Origin: Promethearchaeota archaeon
GTDB taxonomy: Archaea; Asgardarchaeota; Lokiarchaeia; Sigyniarchaeales; SOKP01
DNA: 15,708 nucleotides
Reading direction: 5' to 3'
Assembly (NCBI GenBank): GCA_013375475.1
Contig: JABXKD010000081.1
Span: forward strand, 1 to 15,708
The translations under genes were made by a program, and so were the position numbers. The notes below the pieces were generated by a model. It ran no database searches and had not been told where the DNA came from. It worked only from the letters and a program-made list of their open reading frames with translations. Of the stretch, positions 7,433 through 15,708 are shown one piece after another (position 1 is the first letter of the stretch; each line of letters starts with the position of its first letter).

Positions 7433-8332
7433 TTAATTATTGTTATTAAAACGGTTATCATCTAATATTAATTTTAATGCTTTAATGGCACTTCTTTCCT
7501 TGTCTTTAATCTCCAGCATTATGTCAAAATCAAATTTTTTAGTTTTTTCAAGGAATCTTGAAAAATGTAAAATGTCGATTTCATCGGCATGACGGGGTTT
7601 ACCTTTTAAGGGATGCTCTGAGCTATAATGAACTATGGGAACCCCATCATTAATTTTCCAAGTTGTTGTTACTTTTTGAAATTCCTCTACCATTGTTTTT
7701 TGAGTTTTATTGCATTCATGATGATAAATATCAAAAACAATAGGTATTCCCGTTTCTTGATTTATTGATAAACAATCGTTTATATTGTAACTCTTATCAT
7801 CATTTTCAATAACATAACGTTTTCTTGTATTATTGCTTAGTTCATTATAACGCTTTATGAATCTCCTCATACTTTCAACTTTGTTCTCATAAACACCACC
7901 GATGTGGGTTATTATCTTCGCACTTGCGTCTAAATTCATTGAATCTAATAGATTGACGTGATATTCCAGCTCTTTCCTACTATTGTGATAAACCTGTTGA
8001 TTTTTTGAGTTAATCACCGTATACTGTCCCGGATGCATAGACACTCTGATCTTATTTTCATTGATATACTCACCTATCTCAATCAATTTCGATGAAAAGC
8101 ACTTTTGCCAATCAAAATTCATTATTGTATGAGAAGCAAAAGGGATTAAATCAGATGTAATTCTAAAAAAGTACATCTTTTTGGCTACATTAAATTCTAA
8201 AATAGTACGAAGGCAATCTAAATTTTTATCGATAGTCTCTTTAACTCTTTTCTCTGAATAATTTTTTAAACGAAAGGTTCTACTACTCCTGCAATCGATG
8301 CTTAAATTTATACAAGGATATCCTATTTTCAT
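7433..8332 (-). CDS. uvsE: UV DNA damage endonuclease (UVDE)
   Basis: MKIGYPCIN, FFRITSDLIPFASH, SMHPGQY, THIGG, IENDD, FDIYHH, HYS, HAD and DIMLEIKDKE. The metal-ligand motifs appear intact. Confidence 0.95.
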   Translation of the reverse strand: MKIGYPCINLSIDCRSSRTFRLKNYSEKRVKETIDKNLDCLRTILEFNVAKKMYFFRITSDLIPFASHTIMNFDWQKCFSSKLIEIGEYINENKIRVSMHPGQYTVINSKNQQVYHNSRKELEYHVNLLDSMNLDASAKIITHIGGVYENKVESMRRFIKRYNELSNNTRKRYVIENDDKSYNINDCLSINQETGIPIVFDIYHHECNKTQKTMVEEFQKVTTTWKINDGVPIVHYSSEHPLKGKPRHADEIDILHFSRFLEKTKKFDFDIMLEIKDKERSAIKALKLILDDNRFNNNN

Positions 8333-8475
8333 TAACTTTTCTAAGTTTTTGTAATTATTAAAAACATGTTCTAAGATAAAAAAGTCTCTATTATAATTCT
8401 AATATATTTATCTGAGAACCGCTAAGTCAATAATTTAAAGCTTTAAAGATTCTTAAAAAATCTTGAAAACCTAAG

Positions 8476-8835
8476 CTATTCTTCTAGAAATCGCTGTATT
8501 TCGATAGTATATCCATTAGGGTCCTTAAAGAAAAAATGGTAAATGTTGAACTTTTTATTCAATTTGGGGCTCTCTGCGATTTCTAAACCCTCTTCGATTA
8601 ATTTGTTATAAACCTCGTCAACATCTTCAGTAACTAAAGTAATTATTGGACTTTTATCATCGTGGATAACCGGTATGTGCTCGCAAAATCCAATTTTACT
8701 TTGTGTGTTGATGTGAAAGATTAAACATATTTTTTGATCTTTGTATATAGTTAAGCCTAGGATATTTTGATAAAAATTAGAGGTTTTCACCAGATCTTTA
8801 GTCCCAAGAAAAGTAATATATTCCTTGAACATCAT
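8476..8835 (-). CDS. VOC / glyoxalase-bleomycin resistance family protein
   Basis: DLVKTSNFYQNILGL, ITLVTEDVDEVY and FFFKDPNGYTIEIQ. Confidence 0.9.
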   Translation of the reverse strand: MMFKEYITFLGTKDLVKTSNFYQNILGLTIYKDQKICLIFHINTQSKIGFCEHIPVIHDDKSPIITLVTEDVDEVYNKLIEEGLEIAESPKLNKKFNIYHFFFKDPNGYTIEIQRFLEE

Positions 8836-8867
8836 TATTAATTATTATTTTTTTTAACAATATTAAT

Positions 8868-8875
8868 TTTATATA
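8868..8875 (+). promoter_or_regulatory. TATA box of a probably leaderless transcript
   Basis: TTTATATA ending 25 nt before ATG 8900, with no SD in between. Confidence 0.55.
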
Positions 8876-8899
8876 GTGTTATTGATCTTATTATATTGA

Positions 8900-9760
8900 A
8901 TGAAAGGAATAGATGAATTTAGAAATAAATTACCAGATTACCAAGGTAAGAAAATTCGAGTATTTGCGGTATTAGCTCTCGTTGTATTTGTATCTTCTTT
9001 AATGTTCCAATTATTTTTAGATTCTTTACCCAGAATTTTCAGAAAGATAGATGTTTTACAGATAATAGCTCCTTTAACTCCCATTATTGGATCCTTAATC
9101 ATAATCTCTGTTGGTTTTTTGGTAGTGCGTAAGTTTTGGAGGATTCGAGATAAGTACTTATCTAAATATGGGATAAAAGCATATCAGAAAGCGTTTAAAT
9201 TTGTAGTAATTGGGATTCCAATGCTTTTCTCTGTTATAGTTCATAGTTTCTTCTCCACAGATCTGATTGCTCCATACAGTATTGATGATACTTTAAGCCG
9301 TTATTTAGGACGTCCTTTTTCTGAACTACTATTGAGTTTTCCTTTTTATGTTCTTTATATCAGATTAGTTCTGTCAATTTTTTTTGTCGGATTAGGACTT
9401 ACTGTTGTTAATAGAGCATTAAGTTTCTTTGGCATCGACAACATGTCACTCGTCTACATTTTTTACCCAGAAGAATCTACTCTTCAAAATCACGCAATCT
9501 ATTCAATATTGCGTCACCCAACCTATCATAGTCTATTGTTAATTAGTATAGGAGCCATAATTTTTAGATTCTCCATTTATTCAGTCATCTATTTTTTAAT
9601 TTTTTTAGTAGGAATAAATATTCATATTAAGTGTGTTGAAGAAAAAGAGCTTATTCAAAGATTTGGAGAAGGATATAGAAAATACAAGGAAAATGTTCCA
9701 GCTTTTTTTGTCAGATTAAAAGATTTAAAAAAATATTTCTCTATACTACTTAAAGCTTAA
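8900..9760 (+). CDS. Isoprenylcysteine carboxyl methyltransferase / PEMT-family membrane methyltransferase with extra N-terminal TM helices
   Basis: C-terminal IYSILRHPTY and EEKELIQRFGEGYRKYKENVPAF motifs. Confidence 0.85.
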   Translation: MKGIDEFRNKLPDYQGKKIRVFAVLALVVFVSSLMFQLFLDSLPRIFRKIDVLQIIAPLTPIIGSLIIISVGFLVVRKFWRIRDKYLSKYGIKAYQKAFKFVVIGIPMLFSVIVHSFFSTDLIAPYSIDDTLSRYLGRPFSELLLSFPFYVLYIRLVLSIFFVGLGLTVVNRALSFFGIDNMSLVYIFYPEESTLQNHAIYSILRHPTYHSLLLISIGAIIFRFSIYSVIYFLIFLVGINIHIKCVEEKELIQRFGEGYRKYKENVPAFFVRLKDLKKYFSILLKA

Positions 9761-9813
9761 AGATAAGAAATCTTTATAAATACTGGATTATTTTTCGGAT
9801 TAAATCGAATTTA

Positions 9814-10689
9814 CTAAGTAAATTCCTGTTTTATTCCAGCAACTAATTCTCTGCTATCTTCAGAATCAGTTAAGAATTCTATTTCATTAAGGGAACTAAT
9901 GCCTAATCCTAATTCAACAGCCCTCTTAATTTGATCTTGTTCAAAAATTGAACCATTGGAAACTTCTGGCGTAGAACCGAGAATTCGCAGTATTGCGACT
10001 CCCACAGCGTCAATAGCGATTTTATCTGTGCCTGCAACAAATATGTTCGCTTCTACGCGCGTACCTTCCATAGGTCCACGATCCACGAATGTTATAACGC
10101 CGTCCATAACGATCAGGTCCGGGTTATAAACACGGTTAATCTCAGCTATCATTTCTCTTTGATACTTTGACGAGTGTAGCTCCGTCATGTTTTTTTTGTT
10201 GACTATTCCTACTGCGTTCTTTAGCGACATTGTAAAATGCCCACCATACATGTGAGTTTTCAAGCAGCAAGTCTCTACAATACATTCTGCTTGGTCGTAA
10301 ATTTTGGCAAAAAGAAATCCATCTTTCCAATGGTTACCCTCGGGATTTTTAAGGACATATTCATCTTTAGGTACTCCAGTTAAATCTACAACATTAAATC
10401 CTAAATCTTGTGCTAATGTATTTATGCCTTTTTCTTTAAAGACCTTTGAAGTGTTTGCTGGTCCAGCTCGCTCTGCAAGTGTAATCGATTCTGCACCCAT
10501 TTCCTTTAACCTCAGAATGAGTTGCTTTACAGTCTCCATTGAGCTTGAAGCAGGAGGAGGATCAGCAGTATTGAAATTCGGTTTAAAAATTACTTTTTTT
10601 CCCTTAACGGGGTTGATACCTAACAATTCTATGGACTTATTAACTCCATAGACGCGATCATCTGTCGATACAACTGCTACTTTAGTCAT
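9814..10689 (-). CDS. DUF362 domain protein
   Basis: VIFKPNFN, CCLKTH, TMSLKNAVG, PDLIVMDG, GP and DKIAIDAVG. GGTGG upstream of ATG 10689 favours it over GTG 10698. Confidence 0.88.
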   Translation of the reverse strand: MTKVAVVSTDDRVYGVNKSIELLGINPVKGKKVIFKPNFNTADPPPASSSMETVKQLILRLKEMGAESITLAERAGPANTSKVFKEKGINTLAQDLGFNVVDLTGVPKDEYVLKNPEGNHWKDGFLFAKIYDQAECIVETCCLKTHMYGGHFTMSLKNAVGIVNKKNMTELHSSKYQREMIAEINRVYNPDLIVMDGVITFVDRGPMEGTRVEANIFVAGTDKIAIDAVGVAILRILGSTPEVSNGSIFEQDQIKRAVELGLGISSLNEIEFLTDSEDSRELVAGIKQEFT

Positions 10690-10802
10690 CCTATCCACCT
10701 TGTATTAGGTAGCTAATTAGATGTATAAAAATAAATTTAACTGTTTATAAAAATTAGCTTCAATTTAATATTTGAAAATATCATAATTTGATAAAGAAAT
10801 TG

Positions 10803-11660
10803 CTAGCTCAGTATCCGATTGAGCTTATTTCCCAAAACTTCCGGAATTTCGCCTAAATATGAGTTAAAATCGCAGATTAATAGATAAAGGTAAGGTTCGA
10901 ATAAACCTTCAATGGTGGGCCCTACATCTGATTTATAGATGTAAACCCAAATTTCTTCACCATCGAATGTAGATTGTCTATAAACCCAATTTAATGGAGG
11001 GATTTCGGGAATGTTTCCTATATTTCTTAATATCCCGTGGACATTATTGAGTGTATATTTTTTGCCTATAATCATAATAGGTGAGAGATCGAACGAGGTT
11101 ATGCAAATTTCGCGTAGGCCATAAGTTTTCATTTCTTTAAGAAAATCGCTTCCTAAGCGCTTTATTTGGGTTTTATGCTCGTCTACGCGGGATCTAGCTT
11201 CAAAATCTGTTAAAATATTGTAGATTTTTTCTTCTTGGACGGGTAGGATTTCTATAGCTGTTTCAAGTGGTATTTTATAAGAGAGAAGGATGTCGTAAAT
11301 TAACTTTATTTTTGCGTAAACTGATTTGTGGAATAGATATGATTCCGTTTGGCAAGTGACGAGAGCATCGCCTGAATATTTAGCTTTATCCTCTAGGATT
11401 TCAGCTTGGCCCTCGGAATTGAATTCAAGAATATGAATGTTTTTAGACATGGCTCGAGCAAACTTAAATAGCGCTGAAACTAGCCCTGCATTTAATTCAA
11501 AAGAATCAGCGATTTCAAAATCGGTTTGAGGTTTGAGTTCCTCTTTTGTAAAGTCAAAAAATCTTAAATATAGTTTGATCCCATTTGGAGCTTCTCTCAC
11601 CTTTAACTGATAGTATGGGAATCCGTTGCTGGTTATAACTGAAAAGGTATAGATCGTCAC
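10803..11660 (-). CDS. Hypothetical protein, putative longin-like plus roadblock/profilin-like domains
   Basis: 285 aa, GTG start. IYTFSVITSNGFPYY...LNAGLVSALFKFARAM...IHILEF resembles a longin domain; the domain call is by pattern only. Confidence 0.6.
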   Translation of the reverse strand: MTIYTFSVITSNGFPYYQLKVREAPNGIKLYLRFFDFTKEELKPQTDFEIADSFELNAGLVSALFKFARAMSKNIHILEFNSEGQAEILEDKAKYSGDALVTCQTESYLFHKSVYAKIKLIYDILLSYKIPLETAIEILPVQEEKIYNILTDFEARSRVDEHKTQIKRLGSDFLKEMKTYGLREICITSFDLSPIMIIGKKYTLNNVHGILRNIGNIPEIPPLNWVYRQSTFDGEEIWVYIYKSDVGPTIEGLFEPYLYLLICDFNSYLGEIPEVLGNKLNRILS

Positions 11661-11782
11661 TGTCTAATAAAAATTTGTCGATAAAATTATCTATTTAATA
11701 CAAATGTAATATGATTCTCAGTTTTTATATAGTTTCGGAAATCAAAAATATAATTTTACGAATTCTGATCGATTGCTTTTGT

Positions 11783-13186
11783 TTAATCAATCCTAACGCC
11801 TTGCTTTTTTAGGGCTTCTTGAACCTTCGAAATACTAACTTGCATACAAGACACATTATCCTTAATAGAAACAGCAGCAGCTACTCCAGCTCCTTGCCCT
11901 GTTACGATACAACAACACATTTGGCGAGTAGCAGCGTGAGAAATTTTATCACCAGCAACGCAGCGACCTGCTACGAGGAGGTTTTCCACCTTCTGTGGAA
12001 CGATAATTCCATAAGGGACTTGAAAATACCTACCTGTGGTAGGCATAATTGCTATGCCATAACCGTCTATAAATTCCGGACAAATTCCGATAGAATCCTC
12101 GAAACGCGCCTGATTTCTTACGTCGTGATCGGTGATCTCATATTCACCAAGAATTTTTCTTGATTCTCTGGTACCCAAAGACGCTCCGATAGATCTGAGC
12201 CTTGCCTTTTTAAAACCAGGAGTATACTTCTTTAAAGCTTCAACAGCCCATAGAACTCGCTTTCTCCCTTCGATTTCTGCTTTAGTGAGGTCCCATACAT
12301 CTGTTGGGTCTATATTTGTCATGTGAATCCCGTTGAAGGATGTAATTTCTCCTGCGTCAGTATAATTGGTCCAAAAACTTTCAATATCGACATCTTTTGG
12401 TATCTCACCGGCCACTTTAGCCTTATTAAACGGTTCCACCAAGTAGGTTGTAAAAGAGGATTCTTCCTTTCCAGAAGTTTCGCCCCAATCTCCTATACTA
12501 CTAGGATTTAGGTAGACATACATAAGGAATTTACCTATATTGATTCCACTGCAACCCCAATTAACGGTTACTTCCATTAAATCGTTCTTTGGGCTTTTAC
12601 GAAAGGGTACACCTGAATGAAAAGCAATATCGGCATCACCCGTAGCATCGATAATCCTCTTAGCCATAATTGCTTGCCTTCCAGATTTACTTTCCGTTAT
12701 AACCCCTTTAATCGTCTGATCTTCCATTATCACATCGACGGCGGTGCAGTGAAGTAAAGGTGTAATGTTTGCATCTTGTACAAGCTTATCTGCTATATGT
12801 TTAAAAACTTCAGTGTCCAAGACTTCATAGGTTGGTTCCCCATTAACGATTAATCCCTCTTGTTCTAAAGTTTTTATCATATCTTTATTTTTTATATTTC
12901 CGAATATATTAATGCTTCCTTCCATATTTTTCGCTATTGTTTCGAATTCTAAGCCTATTCCCCCCGCATCCACCGTATTCGCGTATCGATACCAAGCAAT
13001 GGTTCCGATCATCGCTTGTGTTATAACTCCTCCAAAACAACCGTATCGTTCAACAAGCATGGTATCAACACCTTCTCTCGCAGCAGCTAACGCAGCAGCG
13101 AGCCCCGCTGGTCCACCACCTAATACTAAAACATCAGTTTCCGTTAAAATCGGTGTTTTCCTTGATGGCTCTTCAATAAATGTCAC
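11783..13186 (-). CDS. FAD-dependent oxidoreductase (FAD_oxidored-type)
   Basis: DVLVLGGGPAGLAAA, VERYGCFGG, IIDATGDAD, GTRESRKILG, VPYG and NLLVAGRC...GQGAGVAAA. Confidence 0.92.
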   Translation of the reverse strand: MTFIEEPSRKTPILTETDVLVLGGGPAGLAAALAAAREGVDTMLVERYGCFGGVITQAMIGTIAWYRYANTVDAGGIGLEFETIAKNMEGSINIFGNIKNKDMIKTLEQEGLIVNGEPTYEVLDTEVFKHIADKLVQDANITPLLHCTAVDVIMEDQTIKGVITESKSGRQAIMAKRIIDATGDADIAFHSGVPFRKSPKNDLMEVTVNWGCSGINIGKFLMYVYLNPSSIGDWGETSGKEESSFTTYLVEPFNKAKVAGEIPKDVDIESFWTNYTDAGEITSFNGIHMTNIDPTDVWDLTKAEIEGRKRVLWAVEALKKYTPGFKKARLRSIGASLGTRESRKILGEYEITDHDVRNQARFEDSIGICPEFIDGYGIAIMPTTGRYFQVPYGIIVPQKVENLLVAGRCVAGDKISHAATRQMCCCIVTGQGAGVAAAVSIKDNVSCMQVSISKVQEALKKQGVRID

Positions 13187-13340
13187 GATTTATTATCTCT
13201 TTATACTGATTTGTCTTTGATTATGAAAGATTAAATTTCAAATTTTTTAAATAACGTACATTTTTGTAAATCTTTAAATATCATTTTACTATATCTTTCT
13301 TTGGTTATGAAACCAATTTTTAAAGAAATCACCTATTTAA

Positions 13341-13346
13341 GGAGGT
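13341..13346 (+). promoter_or_regulatory. Strong Shine-Dalgarno sequence
   Basis: GGAGGT 7 nt before ATG 13354; candidate TATA box TTTAAATA at 13273-13280. Confidence 0.65.
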
Positions 13347-13353
13347 AAAAAAT

Positions 13354-13677
13354 ATGCCCTATATTATTGTTACTGCCTGGGTCCCTATTAGTAAAGGGAC
13401 TGAATCCGCAGAGAAATATATGGAGGTCAGGAAGGATTTTCCTATTGATAGATCTCTAACAAAAGAAGTTCTTCAAGGCGCTTTAAAGGTAAAAAGAGAT
13501 ATGATAAAATCTATAACTATATCTGAAGTAAAACCAGGTAAACTTGATGAGGCACTCATCCGTCAACAGAATTCTATGATACCTTTCCATGACATTGAAG
13601 GATACGAATACAAGATTGAAGTCTATTTCAGTTTTCCTGAATCATTTGGGATGGTTGGATTGAAAGCGCCCGAATAA
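13354..13677 (+). CDS. Small soluble hypothetical protein (107 aa), possible ferredoxin-like / dimeric alpha-beta barrel fold
   Basis: Strong SD, double TAA stop, and a T8 run downstream. The beta-alpha-beta-beta-alpha-beta pattern is inferred. Confidence 0.8.
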   Translation: MPYIIVTAWVPISKGTESAEKYMEVRKDFPIDRSLTKEVLQGALKVKRDMIKSITISEVKPGKLDEALIRQQNSMIPFHDIEGYEYKIEVYFSFPESFGMVGLKAPE

Positions 13678-13772
13678 TAACCATTAAATCCTTTTTTTTA
13701 ATTTCTCTCTCTACTGAAAAACATCAACTTTAATTCAAATCTTTTTTATATTGGAGTGTTTTATCTTAATTT

Positions 13773-14933
13773 ATGAGTATCCTAAACATATTAATTGAGA
13801 TTGAGTTAAAACTTAAACAGTACAAGGTACAATTCATTTTTCTGTTCTTATTTTGGTTAGCAGGCTTTTCCATTTTTCTCGTTATCGAGCCAAATCAATC
13901 ATTTTGGGAATATGTCTTATTCTCGCTAACTGTAAGACAACCAGAAAATGCGGGAGATTTTACCAACTTCTACTCATTATTGTGGCCAATTTTATTAGAA
14001 GTAATTGTCTTTGGCTTTATCATGGGTGAACTATTGGAAAAATATAATCCAATTATAACTAGTAGAATTTTAGCTAAGTACAAACGCAACCATATTGTAG
14101 TAATTGGATATCACCACTTATCAGAGAGAATAATTGAATATTGTATTGCTAATAAGGAATCTTTTAGTTTAATCGAGGATAATCAAGAATTAGTAGAAGA
14201 CTTGATAAATTCGAGTAACCCTGTAGTTGTAGGAGACCCAACCGAGACATTTAACCTTGAGTTCGCAAGCGTAAAGCGAGCGAAAGAAGTATTCATCGGG
14301 ATTGATGACGCAAGAATTGCTATAATCTGTACGGAAAAAATCCGCAAAATCAACCAAGAATGCCCAATATACGTACGTGCGTTTGGGGATCATGTTCAAG
14401 ATTATCTCAAACAACCTCCGTTAAACGCGATTTCTTTTTCCACCTCGAAATGGGCGATGGATGGAATTCGAAAGTGGATCAAACACAAAAAAGGAACTGC
14501 TATAGTAATTGGACGAGATAGTTTGACTCATCGAATTGCTTATGAAATTTCATTACAACCGGATCGAGAAGTATTCCTATTTGATGACGAACACGATGGG
14601 ATTGAGTTTGAAGTAAATGAACGATTACATTTCGTAGAGGAATTCACATGTTTTTTAAGTGATTTACGAGCCCACGTAAATTTAGATGAAGTTACTCAAG
14701 CATTTATATGCTGGAAACGAGATTCAGAGTTTGACGAATCTCTTTATCTAACATCTAAGCTTAATTTACGGTATCCTCATATAGAGATATTTGTGAGAAT
14801 TTTTGACGAAGAACTTGTAGATCTAGTTGAAAATTATAAAGCTAAAACCTTTTCGACTTCATCCAATGCTTTTAAGAGGCTTCAGGAAATAGTACCCCCA
14901 TTTTCTGCAATTGCTCCTAAGTTCGATGAGTGA
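13773..14933 (+). CDS. 2-TM channel-like protein with tandem RCK (TrkA-N/KTN) domains
   Basis: TM1, a pore-helix-like SFWEYVLFSLT, then TM2, followed by NHIVVIG, VVVGDPT...LEFASVKRAKEV, IYVRAF, and a second Rossmann-like repeat AIVIG...IFVRIFD. Candidate TATA at 13745-13752. Confidence 0.8.
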   Translation: MSILNILIEIELKLKQYKVQFIFLFLFWLAGFSIFLVIEPNQSFWEYVLFSLTVRQPENAGDFTNFYSLLWPILLEVIVFGFIMGELLEKYNPIITSRILAKYKRNHIVVIGYHHLSERIIEYCIANKESFSLIEDNQELVEDLINSSNPVVVGDPTETFNLEFASVKRAKEVFIGIDDARIAIICTEKIRKINQECPIYVRAFGDHVQDYLKQPPLNAISFSTSKWAMDGIRKWIKHKKGTAIVIGRDSLTHRIAYEISLQPDREVFLFDDEHDGIEFEVNERLHFVEEFTCFLSDLRAHVNLDEVTQAFICWKRDSEFDESLYLTSKLNLRYPHIEIFVRIFDEELVDLVENYKAKTFSTSSNAFKRLQEIVPPFSAIAPKFDE

Positions 14934-15085
14934 ATTTCAAGATCTTTTTTTCCTACTTTTTTTATTTCTAATAAAAATAAAATTTGATTTATTAAATATA
15001 GATAAAAAATTGATAAGTTTTCTAATATTAGAAAGCCTAAAGGAATATTAGGAAAATTACAATGAACAAGCTGAGGATATAAGAT

Positions 15086-15708
15086 ATGAGTATGGAAGGA
15101 AAGATATGTATAGTGACCGGTGCGAATTCCGGTATTGGTAAGGCAACTGCCATTGGTTTAGCAAAAATGGACGCTACAGTAGTAATGTTGTGCCGTAGTA
15201 AAGAAACTGGAGAAGAAGCGCAAAAAGAAATCATTGAACTTACTGGGAATAATAATGTGGATTTGATTTTGTGTGATTTATCGTCTCAGAAAGAAATTCG
15301 CAATTTCGTGGCTGAATTCCAGAAGAAGTATAAAAATTTACATGTGCTTATAAATAACGCAGGAGTTATGAAAAAACAGGGAGCAATATCCATTGATGGG
15401 TATGAGATGAATTTCGCAGTGAATCACCTCGCACCATTTCTCCTTACGAATTTATTACTTGAAATCTTAAAACTAAGCGCTCCAAGCCGTATTATTAATG
15501 TAAGTTCTGCTGCCCATAGAATGGCAAAACTAAATTTTGATGATCTCCAAAGCAAAAATAAGAAAATGCGGTTAATGAGCATATACGGCAATTCAAAATT
15601 AGCGTTAATGTTAGTTTCGTATGAATTGAGCAGAAGGCTAGAAGGAACAGGGGTAACAGTTAATACAGTGCATCCGGGTATGATTGATACTAATTTAGGA
15701 CGAGATAT
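15086..15708 (+). CDS. Short-chain dehydrogenase/reductase, retinol dehydrogenase-like (runs off the window edge)
   Basis: Not in the ORF track. MSMEGKICIVTGANSGIGKATA, CDLSS, LINNAG, FAVNHLAPFLLTNLL, INVSSAAH, YGNSK (YxxxK) and VHPG. Confidence 0.93.
   Translation, partial: MSMEGKICIVTGANSGIGKATAIGLAKMDATVVMLCRSKETGEEAQKEIIELTGNNNVDLILCDLSSQKEIRNFVAEFQKKYKNLHVLINNAGVMKKQGAISIDGYEMNFAVNHLAPFLLTNLLLEILKLSAPSRIINVSSAAHRMAKLNFDDLQSKNKKMRLMSIYGNSKLALMLVSYELSRRLEGTGVTVNTVHPGMIDTNLGRD

Noticed and set aside
8362-8371. AAACATGTTC upstream of uvsE as a LexA-like box
   Set aside because: It does not fit GAAC-N4-GTTC spacing, and no counterpart was seen upstream of fpg.
8434-8447. Perfect 14-bp palindrome TTTAAAGCTTTAAA between the VOC gene and uvsE
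   Set aside because: Low-complexity, AT-rich and single occurrence; it cannot be distinguished from chance.
2096-8835. Integron cassette array (many small, mostly co-oriented accessory genes)
   Set aside because: No integrase, no repeated attC-like element between genes, mixed orientation, and several genes carry their own terminators. Only one weak attC-like hairpin was seen, and it is reported separately.
10142-15234. Short ORFs 10142-10330, 10304-10651, 11819-12163, 12132-12326, 12323-12511, 12912-13220, 14190-14414 and 15037-15234
   Set aside because: All overlap well-supported genes in alternate or antisense frames and have no recognisable motifs.

Overview
AT-rich window of small, mostly standalone genes. 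It is most consistent with an archaeon of the Asgard/Lokiarchaeia type. This is an inference from TTTA[T/A]ATA TATA boxes about 25 nt before apparently leaderless starts, long oligo-T runs after stops, TTG/GTG starts and a longin-like protein. Contents: an MDR reductase-DUF6326-DUF4386 module, DUF998, a histidine phosphatase, two DNA-repair genes (fpg/mutM, uvsE), DUF1801, a PNPOx-like flavoprotein, VOC, an ICMT/PEMT-family methyltransferase, DUF362, a putative longin+roadblock protein, an FAD oxidoreductase, a 2TM-RCK channel-like protein lacking the GYG filter, and a truncated SDR. Manual reading found four coding elements the ORF track misses or splits: two genes each broken at a 5-G/C run, a DUF4386 C-terminal relic and a PhnB/VOC-like relic. 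No rRNA, tRNA, CRISPR array, transposase or integrase was seen. No single new multi-gene system is demonstrable. The best leads are the longin-roadblock protein, the filter-less channel and the two G5/C5 frameshifts. All family calls come from motif recognition, not database searches.
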